A DNA stretch of 64,000 nucleotides from Felis catus (taxonomy: Eukaryota): contig NC_058368.1 of assembly GCF_018350175.1 (NCBI RefSeq), positions 98,954,001-99,018,000 on the forward strand, read 5' to 3'. A program made the position numbers and the translations under genes. Shown here piece after piece: positions 24,846-38,018 of the stretch; position 1 is the first letter of the stretch; each line of letters opens with the position of its first letter. The notes under the pieces were generated by a model. The model ran no database searches. It was not told the DNA's origin and saw nothing but the letters and a program-made list of their open reading frames with translations.

Positions 24846-25188
24846 AGGTATACATTCATATTTTCCTACTGAAAGTACTGTATATTTTGTCCCTTAAAGA
24901 GGGCTTTTCAAGTTAAAAATTCCCTTTGTGAACTGGAATACTGCCCTGTCATTTTATACATACACACATGCACCCACACAATTTACTACTAAACTAGCTT
25001 TTTACTGTTAAAACAGTTAACTATCACAATTAAACAAGTTGCCTGAGAGATTCTTTCCAACTGTGTGCTTCAAGCCCCAATACAATTTAGAGCTACTTTA
25101 ATGAGGGAAGGAATATAAAACATTTGCAGAGTTCTTGTCCACAGTCTATTTTTGCTCAGAAATTATGACTTCAAGATTTCTATTCAAA

Positions 25189-25293
25189 GGGTGTCTGGCT
25201 GGCTCATTTGGTAGAGCATGCAACTCTTGATCTGGGGGTTGTGAGTTCTAGCCCCAAGTTGGGTGTAGATATTACTTAAAAATAATAAAATTT
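25189..25293 (+). mobile_element. Short tRNA-Lys-like Can-SINE monomer
   Basis: 'ggctggctcatttggtagagcatgcaactcttgatct...ttgggtgtagatattacttaaaaata'. Confidence 0.88.
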
Positions 25294-25295
25294 AA

Positions 25296-25520
25296 GGGGT
25301 GCCTGGGTAGCTCAGTCAGTTAAGCATCCTTGGTTTTGGCTCAGGTCATGATCTCATGGCTTATGGGATGAAGCCCCACATCAGGGTTCATGCTGATAGT
25401 GCTGAGCCTGCTTGAGATTCTCTCTCTATCCCTCTCTCTCTATCCCTCCCCTGCTTGCACTTGCACACTTTTTCTCTTCCAAAATAAATGTGAAAGCAAT
25501 AAATAAGACAATTTAAAAAT
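25296..25520 (+). mobile_element. Can-SINE
   Basis: ggggtgcctgggtagctcag, (CT)n, tail. Confidence 0.93.
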
Positions 25521-26541
25521 ATATTTCTCTTCAAAAATAAGACACATGGACATACAATGCTTTTTAGGAAGTTGAAGAGGAAGTTATCACTCCTTGCCCC
25601 TTCCTTTCTTTGTGTCCTGAAATTTGTGACTAAGTGCATTGAAAATAATTAGAATGAAATTTAGCCGTGGGAAAAGTCATCTCACGTTTCAGCAGGATTC
25701 CATTATCTTTCTTCAGCTTCACTCCTCATTTTCTTCAGGATATTGCAAGTTGTAAGACCTACTAGTAGAATTTATGTCAAACACATTTTATTGGGAAAGA
25801 GATTTTAAGGTGGAATAAAAGTATATTCCTTTAATCCTTCTGATTGACTTACTTTAATCTGGATTAACCAAAATGCCTGAAGACCCTAAGAAATTGCATG
25901 AGATTTTATCTCACAGAAAGCTGTTCTTATATGTCAACCCACCATGCAATTAGGAAGCCAGTAAAGAAGTTTTAACCCAGGACTCTTGAGGCTGAAGAAA
26001 GTTCAGAGTGTTTATTTGCTCTTATACAATATTCATTCTTTTGTTGCTTCTCTTAAATCCCATTTAAGTCAAGATGCTGTACTGCTAATGAGCATTCCCA
26101 GTAATTTAAGGCACTGACCTCATATTTTCTCAAATAGTATTTGTTGGTGCAAATTAAATTGTTTTGTTTCTTACCATGTTTTTACCCCCAATTTTGCAGA
26201 GGCATTTCTTGAGGTTTTTAATTTAGAAAAATATTAAGGGACACCTCTAAGACAGTCCTTCTCATCCAGAGAGGATTAAACCTAAAAATACATATTTTAA
26301 ATGAGTTTGGAAGTATGTTTGGTGTCATACAAATCAAAATATAGGCCATGTGGCATATTTGGAATGTACTTGATGCCTCTGGGAGCACCTCACAGAGAAG
26401 GGTAATAATCTTCCAGAGCAGAATGCTGTCATTAGCAACAAAGGTGACCGTTAATGGCAGGTGACAGGTGTCTACATCATGTAAAAACAGAAATGCTGCT
26501 AATGTACTTTTAAGATCAAAGATATAAAAACTGTCATTCTA

Positions 26542-26762
26542 TTTTTTTTTAATTTTTTTTTTAACGTTTTATTTATTTTTGAGACAGAGACAGAGCATGA
26601 ACGGGGGAGGGGCAGAGAGAGAGGGAGACACAGACTCGGAAGCAGGCTCCAGGCTCTGAGCCATCAGCCCAGAGCCCGACGCGGGGCTCGAACTCACCGA
26701 CCGTGAGATCTTGACCTGAGCTGAAGTCGGATGTTTAACCGACTGAGCCACCCAGGCACCCC
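26542..26762 (-). mobile_element. Young SINEC_Fc
   Basis: CpG-rich body; perfect 16 bp TSD aaaaactgtcattcta at 26526-26541 and 26763-26778. Confidence 0.97.
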
Positions 26763-26904
26763 AAAAACTGTCATTCTAATTTGAAAAACTTTGTAGCATG
26801 TTTCTAGGTGACCAAGGGCAGACATTTATTAATTTCACAATGGTTAACAGTTCTCTTGAGATACAATCAGTAGGCTACCTACTGATCAATAAAAACAGGC
26901 CAAG

Positions 26905-27065
26905 TGCTGTGGGGTTAATGTCCTTAGGTAAGTTACTTAGGTTTTTTGAGGCCTCAGTTTTCTCGTCAATTAATCTTATCCCAATAATTAAGTGAGATCA
27001 AATGGCATAAATGTAAGTGTTTAATCACATACTTGGCCTACACTAAGTGCTAACATCTTTAGCTT
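26905..27065 (+). mobile_element. MIR
   Basis: 'ccttaggtaagttacttagg...gcctcagttttctc...cttggcctacactaagtgct'. Confidence 0.75.
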
Positions 27066-27149
27066 CTTTCTCCCTTTTTTATAACGTGTTTTCACATTGA
27101 TTCCCTTATTTTGGCCAGATGGTTTCTAGTTATTTGTTCAGGGTATGTA

Positions 27150-27355
27150 TTTCCTCCATGAACAAATAAAACCCTGAGGTTCAGAGATATTAACTGGCTT
27201 TCCAATGCCCATAAGGATGGTAAGTATCTAAGTGTAGAGTACTAGTGCAAGCCTTCAAGGTTCTGTCTCAGGGCCTAATTTCTAGCCTTGCCACCAACTT
27301 GGTTTGTTCCACTCATGGGGTCCAACTTTCTCCTCTGTAAATGAAAGAAGTTGAA
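27150..27355. mobile_element. MIR fragments
   Basis: 'aaaccctgaggttcagagatattaactggc' and 'tttctcctctgtaaatgaaagaagttg'. Confidence 0.5.
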
Positions 27356-27367
27356 ATTGCTGTTTGT

Positions 27368-27772
27368 GGTATCAGCTCATTTATGGCCACAGACAACCTT
27401 ATAGTCTCAGTAGTATAGAGCAGTATGCATTTAGTTAGCCCACAGATCTGCAGGGCACCTGAGGGTCTACTGATCTAGGCTAGGGATGGCCATGAGTGGC
27501 GCAGTTGCCCATGTCTTTGATCCTCCTCCTCAGCCAGCCCAGGCATATTCTTGTGTTGTGACACATGTGAAAGACAGCAGGCAGATAGTACAATTTTTTT
27601 TTTTTCCTGTTCATAGTCCATTACCCACAGCACATCGTGTGGCCAACCCAGAAACAAGGGGTGGCGATATATCTGTGGTTTCTTTCCTAAGAGGAAGAAC
27701 AGCCAAGTCCCATGCAAAAGATGTGGATAGGAAGAAGAAGGGTAGAGACTTGGACATGTGAATGCAGTATAC
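27368..27772 (-). mobile_element. Old MaLR LTR (MLT1H/I-like)
   Basis: 'agcccaggcatattctt', 'gtggccaacccagaaacaaggggtgg', 'gcaaaagatgtggatagg'. Confidence 0.7.
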
Positions 27773-30272
27773 TTAAAGTGCTAAGATTTCTTTTACCTCC
27801 AGGATGTGATGATTTTCTTCCAATTTACATTTTTTGGGCAGACCCTTTTTATCCTTGTTCTTTCTTTTTTAATGTTTTATAAATTGCCTTTCACTGAAGG
27901 ACAGAAAACTCAGGTCAGTTTGACTTTTTTTTTTTTTTTTTTTTTTGGTGTGTGTTAATCTCATTGCTCCTTGAACTTGCTGTTCTATAAGGTAACATTG
28001 AAAGGAAATCTCATATGTGGTGGGAATACTACATCCTCTTTATCGTAAATATAGTTTCAGAGTTCCCATGTCCTTTATTTAAAAAGGAAAGAGGGAGAGA
28101 ATTAGTCCTTTCTAGATGCAGCATGCAGGAACTTTGGTCTGAGAAGAGCTTAAGTAAGGAAAGAAGTAATGTAAGTGGGAATGGGGGTGTGGTAAACCCA
28201 CAGGGCAGGGTCATTTCTGTTGATTGATGGCATCTCCTGTCCTGATCTCATAGGAATCCCCATCTTCAGTCCCAACCTTCAGCTTCCTTTCTTTTCACTC
28301 AATAGCTGTCACTGCTTTGCCTGTCTTCTGAAGATTCCTTTCCTCTTTATTTCTAGCTGTTGTATCTTTGTGTTTTTGTTTATTTTTTATATTTTTTAAA
28401 AGTGTAAAAACAGAACGCGCTCTTTAAAATCTTATAAGCAATGTAGAAATACATTTGGGAGAGTATGAAAGCAACTCTTTTATTGATGTTCTTAGAAATA
28501 GTCACTTGGGCTTATTTACTTTTCAGGGACTTTGTTGACAATCAGCATAGGGGAACAAATGACAAATAAATACTGGAAAGGATAAATATTTTAGCTTTTT
28601 ATGTTGTGAGTTGAGAGGAAGGGGTCACTAGCTTGAGCCTGTGCTCTGTGTATCCCAGCATTCAGGCACGTGTGGAAATCTAATGCTTTAAGACAAGCAT
28701 TGGTCTATTATGTGGTAGAATGAGGATACTCTTAATGAAGATGATAAGGGATGTTAATTAAAACATGTGTCATTGATCTACAGAAAATATTACAATTACA
28801 GTAAAGGTTATTTTACTCAAATTACTTTCCTGCTTAATATGAAAAATAAAAATCTTAAGGTGGTAGAATTGTAGGGGGGGGGGAAGTAAGAAATAAAAAG
28901 ACTTAGGACTTAAGTTAACAATGAATTTGCAGAACTTGATTCAGCATCAAAGGGAGCCATTGGCTTTTGTTTAGAAATCAACCCCTGAACCTTGACATTT
29001 CTAGCTGCAGTGTGGCCCTTAGCACTTCAGGGCTGGGATCATCATCAGCACTTTTAATTCCTTTGGAAGGTAGAGGTGATGGTCATGCACTCCTCTACAC
29101 TCACAGCAGTATTATCAGTTTGACATCACTGGTGCCAACTGTGACTTTAGGAAATGATCTCTTATGTCAGTAACAGTGGTTTCTGTGCTCGTCAAAAGCT
29201 GAAACTTTGAGGTGATTCAAATCAATGATTTCTGCTGATGGATGTATTGAAGGGAAGGTCCATTGAGAGAGCAGCTAAAGCTCTGTCTTTGCAGGGCCCC
29301 TGATCTTGGAAATCTGTGAGGAAGGGACAAGAACAGTAAATCTTTGTCCAGTTATTACTTTGATTTTGATGGGAAAAGGGTAGATTGTATCTAAAAGGGC
29401 CCAAAGAGATACTGGTTTTGCATTGGATGGTTCTCTGCTCACCCCCCCTTGTTTTTGGAGGTCAGTGGTGATGACAAAATTCAACTCTTCTGTCACCACA
29501 GAGCTTGTTATGCAACAGTAAAACAAAATAAAAAATGGCCAATTTGATTCACCCCCAAGAAGAATGGTAAATCCCAATTAATTGGACATCAAAGTCAAAC
29601 AGGGAATGGGAGATTAGGATGAAGGAATGACAGATAACATCGTTCTCTTCCCATTCATCAGATGGATTTGCCACTTCCCATGATGGAAAAATTTATATTT
29701 GATGAGACCATGGGGAAGAGTTTTTTTTTTTTTTTGAAAATGATTGTATTTTTTCATTCTGGATTGCCTGGGAAATGAGCCAGCTTGAACGGGTCCACAC
29801 CTGGTAAAAGTTTGCATAGAAATAGAGATCTCTTTTTTGGAAGGACATTGCAACTTTTTATAGAACACACTTTCCTCAAGTGCTGGGCAGCAGTCATTCC
29901 CCAGAGCTCCTAGAAAAAGGGAGCATCAAAATCCTGGTGTCCATGCAGTCTGTGCATCCTTTAATGGATACATACAAGAATTAAAAGTAATATGGAGGCA
30001 TGGTCCCTTTGCTGAAATAGAAACCTGAACTTTGTTCCAGCAAACCTCTCAGGCCCCAGCACATTTCTTTGTAGAATAATTGGACAATGGAGAATAATTG
30101 CCTTCCCTTCTTTTGTTATTCAAAGAATCTGTAAATTTTAAAAATTTCCCCTTTTCCCAGTAAAGTTATTCCTTAATCCACACTGTAGGAATTTATGGAA
30201 TTTGTCCCAAGCTGTAGTATAAGACAGTCACTAGAAGCATCTTCAGCTTGTACAGCATCAAGGAAAGATCCC

Positions 30273-30810
30273 TGTTAAGGTGGTTGTTGTTGCTAGTTCA
30301 TCCAGTAGCCATTTCTCCTTGTTTTCATGTTAAGAGACATCTTTGTATATTTGGATGGTAACATGCTTCTTACTAGGGAATACGTTGTATTGGTCTGTGC
30401 CAACCATAGCAATCCCGTTCTCCTTTGGCAGCGTTAATGGCGGAGACTAAAAGGGAGTCTTGGTGGAGTGCTTTTTATCAAGCTCAACTTAGGAATTAAA
30501 AAAAAAAAAGGGCATCATAAGGTAAAGGCCCTTTATGATATTATCCACTCCTGCCTTCCTGGAATGCTATTAAGAATATGACCATCAATACTACAACGGC
30601 CGTCCTGTGCTAAGAAAAACCATCACCAACACCTGATAATCTGATAATGGTAGGATAGAAATTGGGAAAAATCAAGGTTCCACTTATTCAACTGCTAAAC
30701 CAGCCTGTTGTGGGCTTCTTTTTTATAGGGAACAAGAGAACATCATTATTGCTTAAACCACTTTAGTCAAATATTCTTTTACTTGTGGCTGAAAGATCCT
30801 AACTGACATA
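30273..30810 (+). mobile_element. Old MaLR LTR (MLT1K-like)
   Basis: End 'ttattgcttaaaccactttagtc...ttacttgtggctgaaagatcctaactgacata'. Confidence 0.7.
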
Positions 30811-31164
30811 GCTGCCATATAACAGAGATGACCCATTCGGTGACCATCCATAGTTTTGGAAAGAAGATGACTATATATGAGAGTTCATTCCATATTTAGA
30901 AATTGGATTTGAATATTTGGAGTACAGAAAAAAAGAAAACAAGAGTATGGCAATCATGAGGTTTTATTTTTCCCCAAATTGTCTTGAAAATAATTAATAA
31001 AATGGTAATAAGTCAAGTGGGACCTTCTTATTTCCTTCTTAACTCTGTTGTAGGAGAAAAAGCTGAGATGTTTTAAAAAAAATGCTTTATAATCTGGGAT
31101 TGCATTTTTAGTACTGTGATAGTACTATGATAGGGCCAAGGAGTGATTCAGCCATCCGAAGGAA

Positions 31165-31315
31165 AGTGGGAATAAGTTAGCTGGATCTGTGCTCAGGGTC
31201 TTAGGCAGGCTGAAATCAAGTTGTCAGGCAGTGATCTCCTTTGAAGCTAGAGGTTCTCTTAGAACTGGATGCATATTGTTAGCAGAACTCAGTTCCTTGT
31301 GGTCGTACGGCTGAG

Positions 31316-31354
<39 letters not shown>

Positions 31355-31722
31355 TTTCTGGTTGTTAACTAGAAGCTGCTCTCACCTCCGAGAGATTGCA
31401 TACTTATACGTCTAGATCCTCTCACAACATAGCAGCTTACTTCTTCATGGCCAGCAGAAGTGTGTTTCTCTAACATCAGAATCCTGTCTTTAGAGCTTCC
31501 CAACTTACCTGGGATAATAGCTTTTATATTGCAAAATTAATGGATTAGGAAATTTAGTATGCCTGCAAAATGTGATCACTTTTACCATATAATGGAACCT
31601 AATTGTGAACTTGATAGTTCATCATATTTATAGGTCCCATGCACATTCAAAAACAATACCTCATAGGGCATGTATGGAAAGGACCAGAAATCTTGGAAAC
31701 TGTCTTGGAATTCTGTGTAACA
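31165..31722 (-). mobile_element. MaLR LTR (MLT1E-like)
   Basis: 'ggctgaaatcaagttgtcag', 'gcagaactcagttccttgtgg', 'gcagcttacttcttcatggccagca', 'tcttggaattctg'. Confidence 0.8.
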
Positions 31723-32316
31723 TGATGTTGTCTTTATTGTGTAGCTCAAGAAATGGAGGCTCAGATAGTTAAATAATTTGCCTACATCACATGACCGATA
31801 AACAGAGGACTATAAACTCTACTGTTGATACCTGTATCTTCAGCTGAAGAACTTTATAAACATCTAGTTTGAATTCTATACAAAAATTTTTTTTCCATTA
31901 TTACTGATTCCATTAATTCCAGAAGGAAAGCATGTCAATATACTTTTCCTTGAATATATGGTCTTTTTTTGTTTGTATTTTACATAGATCTATTTTTAGG
32001 CTTTCATAATTTTCTTTATGAATTCAGTTATTTTACTGTGATTTTTAACAGAAGTTATATCCCTCAATTGTAAATTCTAATGCCATATAGATTTTAAAAA
32101 CCCAGATCTCATACTTTTATGTCATTGACTAACCTTCAAGATAGGATTTATTCTCAATATTAGGAAATACTTGTCCAAATGAGAAGTGAGGTAATTAACA
32201 GTGATTATCACAAAGACCTGGATTGAACTTTTGGCTCTACTATTTACTAATTTTGTTATCTTGCTGAATAAGTTGCTTTTCTGGCTTTTGTTTACCACTA
32301 AATTAGGATTTACTAG

Positions 32317-32833
32317 TGTCACAGTTAAGCAGTGTTGGACATTAGAGTGGTAAGGACAGATTTTAGTCAGCAATAGAAAAATAAGGAAAATACTAGTATG
32401 AACTGAACTCAAGTTTGATTTGTACAGAGATGATTTTATAGGGAAAATGAGGGAATAGGGAGGTGGGCGAGTTGGGACTCAGTAGAGTAAGGGAAGTGAA
32501 AAATTATAAAAAGCAGGAAGGAGGGAGGGTTGGTCCTTAGGAGACTGATTTGCTCTAACCAGCTTACAGACATTAGACTCCTACCTTGTTGTAGAAACTT
32601 GGAGACAGGGGCTCTATCTTCAGGTGTTGGCTAGAGCAAATATCAAATTCTTTTGGTAGCCTTGAGTTTTTGCAAGAATGCCCTATTAATGGGGCTAGAA
32701 TCATCCTAGAGATTTGTGGCCTTGACCAACATGTTAGAAGCTGTGCTAGTGCTTTGTTCAAATCTTTATAGGCCCAGGTGGAGGCCTCATTGAGAAAGGT
32801 CTCAGAAAAGCCTGCCTAGGAGAGAATCTTGGC
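32317..32833 (-). mobile_element. ERV1-class solo LTR (MER89/MER110-like, subfamily uncertain)
   Basis: tg..ca termini, 'gtggtaaggacagattttagtcag', 'tcagtagagtaagggaagtgaaaaatta'; follows a MIR fragment at ~32190-32316. Confidence 0.5.
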
Positions 32834-34275
32834 AATTAATTACAATAATGTACCTAAATTTTTCAGCAAAATTTCTGTTGCAGTTGAACTCCGCCCAATA
32901 TTAGCTATTTCAAATTATACTTGTGAATTTTATTATTTTAGTAATTAAGTTTTAACTATTTAACCGTTTAACTAAAGTCTTAACTATTAGCAAGGCACCT
33001 GGACAAAAGAGGATTTAACTGCGGTCAGGTCACACACACAAAGCTAAAAACAAAAAAAAACCATTAGACCAGTCCACAAATATTATTCTGCTTTAGAGTT
33101 GAAATGGAAAGATACAGGTAAATTAATCTAAGAGGTACTAACCACATAGAACATTCTCATTCCACAACCTTTACAATTGTAAATTGTAATAATAGCAATT
33201 CTTTCCATTATCATTTTATTGGTGGTATTCATTTTGATTGATTTGTATTTATTTTTAACCATTAAATCTTTCCCTTTGCTGCTTTTGAAAATGTTCTTTT
33301 TGGAATAGTTATCAGGGAATGAAGGATTAGGTTGCTTAAATAGGCCAGTCTGCATGTGTTAGGAAAAAATGAGATCGTTTTAAAACAGCAAAGGGAAAAG
33401 ATACTGAATTCTGGTCTCACTAACAACACGGGATGGTGAGCAGGGCTGGCACATCACTGAATCTCCCCTTTTTCCATCAACAAAATAATAACTTGCTGAG
33501 AGGTTCAGGCAGGCATTCATGTTTTATTTTGTTCCTAGATCCAAATTAAGCCCCTAAAAACACTATAAAGTTGAAATTAATGTCTCTATATAATTGTATA
33601 ATACATTTTTAGTCTCATTTTAATACTTGCTTTAGCATCTGGAATACAAAGAAAGCTACCCAAGAATGACTTTGTACCTTTTTAATAGACTCGTATAATG
33701 TAATAGAAGCATGCCGACCATTTATGTATCTGCAGGGACTTAGGGTTATCTAGCTGAATGTCTCTTTTTACAGATGAAGAGAAAACAAGAAAGGTTAAGT
33801 ACTTTGCTTACAGCCATGCAGGCTCACTGAGCTTGGCTGTTTTCTTCCCAGCCCACTACATTCTTGGCCTCTCTGCCTCTATTTATTGCTCACTCTTTTT
33901 CTTTTGCTTGACTTTTGTTTATTCATCTTAGCTTTTGCTTTTTCTTTATTTTCTCTCTCTTCCTTTCTTTCTACCTCTGCTTTCTGGGGAAAGAAACTAA
34001 CACTGTTGCCACTGTAAATATTTGAAGTGCAAGAATTTAAAGTGGGGAGGAAATGCCTCTAGTCACAGAGCAAGGGGATACAGCAAGTCACATTGCAGAA
34101 ATGCATTTTATGAAAATGGATAGTGCTTGCATTGAATGTGAAACATAACAAGCAGGCCTTGATTAGATGATTTTGAGCTCCTCACTCCTCTTCTTGTGCC
34201 TTAACTTCTCTTTCCAATTCATCCTCCATAGGATAAACAGGTTTGTTTTCCAACAAATATTGAGGATTTATTATT

Positions 34276-34499
34276 ATTTTTTTTAATTTTTTTTTTAACA
34301 TTTATGTATTTTTGAGACAGAGAGAGAGAGAGCATGAACAGGGGAGGGTCAGAGAAATAGGGAGACACAGAATCCGAAACAGGCTCCAGGGTCTGAGCTG
34401 TCAGCACAGAGCCCGACACGGGGCTAGAACCCACAGACCGTGAGATCATGACCTGAGCCAAAGTCGGACGCTTAACCAACTGAGCCACCCAGGTGCCCC
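34276..34499 (-). mobile_element. SINEC_Fc-type SINE
   Basis: TSD aggatttattatt at 34263-34275 and 34502-34514. Confidence 0.96.
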
Positions 34500-34949
34500 A
34501 AAGGATTTATTATTTAAAAAAAAAACATTAAAAAATTCTTAACAAAATTGTAATGTTTCTTATAAAACAAAGTTCATTAACTCCGCACTGAAGTCCTTTC
34601 ACATTGCCTTTGTATTTTCGGGCTCATCTCTCATCTTTGGCTCTGTCCAGCCTACAGGAAAGCCACCAGTTTCTTGCCATTCCCTGACAGCTATATTCCC
34701 TTTTCCAAATGTATCATTTACCCTTCCTCTTGCTGAGATCCTGTTTATCAATTTATGCTTCAGCTCTCCTTTTCTTGAATTTACTTGGTGGAATTCTTTC
34801 TCTGAGCATCCTCCCTCTTCCAATGAGTTAAAAAAAAATCTACATAATATTTATTTTCTCATTATGGTTATCCTGAATTTTTCCTTTTGCTCTTCTTTGT
34901 CAAAATCATTTTTATAAAACTTGAAGAAAAACTTGAGTATTTACAGAAT

Positions 34950-35370
34950 AACATTTCTATTCAACTAGAAAGAATACTGATACACACACCTGTTTATTTC
35001 CTTTCTGCCTTAGAAAAAAAGCAGAAACTACCCCAATCTTGGAAGCCTCTGGAGGTCCTTTCCAGATCTTGTTGTCCTTCTCTACCCATAGAGATAAACA
35101 CTCACTAAGTGTATTATCTAATATTTTTTGAAACATTTACCACATGCAGTAGTATCTCTGAACAGAATACTATTTGGTTTTGCATAGTTTTGAACTTGAC
35201 AAAAATGGAATCCTACTGTATTTTCCTACTTGATGTTTTCTGTCACTGTTCTGTCCTTGAGATTCATCCATTTTGATGTGTGAAGATATGACTTATTTAT
35301 GTCCATAGTGTACATTATTTTAGTGTATGACTACATCACAAGTTACTTACCCACTCTCTAGCTGATATTT
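34950..35370 (-). mobile_element. Ancient L1ME-like 3' end
   Basis: 'tttgaacttgacaaaaatggaatcctactgta', 'ttgagattcatccattttg'. Confidence 0.75.
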
Positions 35371-36009
35371 TTATTAGAAATAAATATAGCGAATGATCCT
35401 AATCTATATGTATTTCCTATCACCTGTGACCTGTCTTAGAGTGTGGGAAGAATGGAAAGCTGAAGACCATACTTCCCCGACACCTTTGCAGTTACTATTC
35501 TGGATGGAATCTTGGTTTCATATATTACTTTTATAGCATCTCATAAGCATATTACCATGTCATCCCTCATACAATTTAGGATATTTATTATTTTTCTTAA
35601 AAGTTCTAGAACATTCTTTTCTAAAAAGTTTGTATATGGTCCATGATGTCCACTTTGTTGCTTCTCTTTTATATGGTTCTACTTCTCATATATAGTTACT
35701 TTAGCTTATGAGGTCATGTTTCCATATTAGACCATACTTTGTGTCACTCCTGGTGATTTGGGAGAAAGTGCAAGGGATAAACCCAGGAGAGATGTCCCAA
35801 AGACCCAATTTGCTGCTGTTCCACCAAGAAACTTATTTGGTCCCAGATTAGCCTATAAAATCCTGGAAAGAAGCAGCATTGTAAAATAATCTTGTTATAT
35901 TGCAATTCCTTAACCCTGACAGGGTATTTACATGGAAAAGGAATGGCGGAGTAAATGCATGAAAATAGCTCCTCTGGCTGTCCACATTTTTAATTAACTT
36001 CTTACTTCT

Positions 36010-36225
36010 GGGGGCAGCTGGGTGGGTCAGTCAGTCGGTTAAACATCTGACTATTGATTTTGGCTCAGGTCACGATATCATGGTTCATGAGTTCGAGCCC
36101 CATGTTGCATTGAACCTGCTTGCTTTTGAGCAAGCTTCTGTCTGTCTCTCTTTCTTCCTCTCTCTCTGCCCCTTTCTTGCTCTTTCACTCTCTCTCTCAA
36201 AATAAATAAATACACTTTAAACAAA
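36010..36225 (+). mobile_element. Can-SINE
   Basis: Head, (CT)n, tail; TSD ttaactt(c/t)ttact. Confidence 0.92.
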
Positions 36226-36323
36226 CTTTAACTTTTTACTCCTAATAATTGGAAATCTTTTGGATCAGCATCTTCTGGCTTATCATATTTAAATGTTTTT
36301 TTGTTGTTGTTAAAATGTTTCTT

Positions 36324-36781
36324 TTAAAAAATTTTTTTTTGACATTTATTTATTTTTAAAAAAAAAATTTTTTTTTTCAACGTTTATTTATTTTTGGGAC
36401 AGAGAGAGACAGAGCATGAACGGGGGAGGGGCAGAGAGAGAGGAAGACACAGAATCGGAAACAGGCTCCAGGCTCCGAGCCATCAGCCCAGAGCCCGACG
36501 TGGGGCTCGAACTCACGGACTGTGAGATCGTGACCTGGCTGAAGTCGGACGCTTAACCGACTGCGCCACCCAGGCGCCCCAACATTTATTTATTTTTGAG
36601 AGAGAGAGAGAGAGAGAGAGACAGAGTGTGAACATAGGAGGGGCAGAGAGAGAGAGGGAGACACAGAATCTGAAGCAGACTCCAGGCTCTGAGCTGTCAG
36701 CACAGAGCCCATGCGGGGCTGGAACCCATGAACCATGAGATCATGACCTGAGCCGAAGTCAGATTTAACCGACTGAGCCAC
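36324..36781 (-). mobile_element. Older SINEC_Fc-type SINE, host of a nested young SINE
   Basis: Outer TSD tgttgtt(a/t)aaatgtttctt at 36305-36323 and 36782-36800. Confidence 0.92.
36358..36580 (-). mobile_element. Young SINEC_Fc nested in the tail of an older SINE
   Basis: TSD acatttatttattttt at 36342-36357 and 36582-36597; same diagnostic bases as the 23509 copy. Confidence 0.97.
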
Positions 36782-36928
36782 TGTTGTTTAAATGTTTCTT
36801 AAAATGTATTCAACAGATTTCTTATAATTCATTAATAATTAAAGATTTTCTAATGCCTAGTGGTTATCATCTTGAATTTGATAGAAGTTTGCACATCTCA
36901 TTAGGCTTTCATCAGAATAGATAAAAGA

Positions 36929-37140
36929 GGAGTGCCTGGGTAGCTCAGTGGTTTGAGCTTTGGACTTCTGCTCAGGTTATGACCTCACGGTTGGTGGGTT
37001 TGAGCCCCACATCAGGCTCTGTGCTGACAGCTCAGAGCCTGGAGCCAACTTTGAATTCTGTGTCTTTCTGTCCCCTCCCTTGCTCATACTCTGTATGTCT
37101 CTCTCTCAAAAATAAATAAACACTAAAAAAAAAAAAATTT
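36929..37140 (+). mobile_element. SINEC_Fc-type SINE
   Basis: Head, body, AATAAA and A tail. Confidence 0.94.
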
Positions 37141-37411
37141 ATAAGAGAAAAGAGAGTCAAGGAAGACAGTTCTTTCGTACTCCATGTTTCTAAAATAAAC
37201 ATGTCTGTTCATTAAAATGATAATACTAATTTAGATTCTGTGTGTGAAATCAATAAAAGATAAGATTTTAAAGAAAAAACTTAGACAATAGCTTCCTTAT
37301 TGTCTTTTCCAATAACGACAGTAACATAAATCCCATCTCATGTGATTTTGTCTCTTTGTTAATTTTTCTTAGAAAAACAAATACATTGCTCTGGAGTCTT
37401 AGCTATTTATA

Positions 37412-37415
<4 letters not shown>

Positions 37416-37455
<40 letters not shown>
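37416..37455. repeat. (GT)n microsatellite
   Basis: Direct reading. Confidence 0.98.
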
Positions 37456-37456
<1 letters not shown>

Positions 37457-37842
37457 TGAGTGCTGATCATTTTAGCTGTCTTCTCTTTCTCCACAAATCA
37501 TTGGGTTTGAAACTCTACTTTACCATGGTGGATCTTTTTTGAATAATATAGCTTCCAAAGTAAATATAAATAGCTTGGATTTTACTAATTATTATTATTA
37601 TAATGAACATAAAGTCTTTCCAAGTTCCTCTAGTGATTGATACTTGGGACTTGTATTTAAGAATTTAAAAATTTATCTAATTTATTTGGTTAGAACCTTT
37701 ATTACAATGATAGCTCCTTATTAAACTCAGGAAGAAAGATTTCAACATGTTCCCATTTAGTATCATGTTACTCTACATTAGAGAGGTTTCCTAATGGTGT
37801 GGTATAAGATTAATTAAATCATGAATGGCTGTTAAATTTTAA

Positions 37843-38018
37843 CTATCTATATCTATCTATATCTATCTGTATATATATATATATATATACACATATATAT
37901 AAAATATAGTAAAATATACAGTAAAATATACAGTAAAAATACAGTAAAAATACAGTAAATATATATGCAGTAAAATATATATATACAGTAATATATATAT
38001 ATGTGTATATGTATATAT

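Noticed and set aside
25189..25270. tRNA-Lys gene
   Set aside because: tRNA-derived SINE head followed by an A tail, with mutated stems; same applies to other SINE heads
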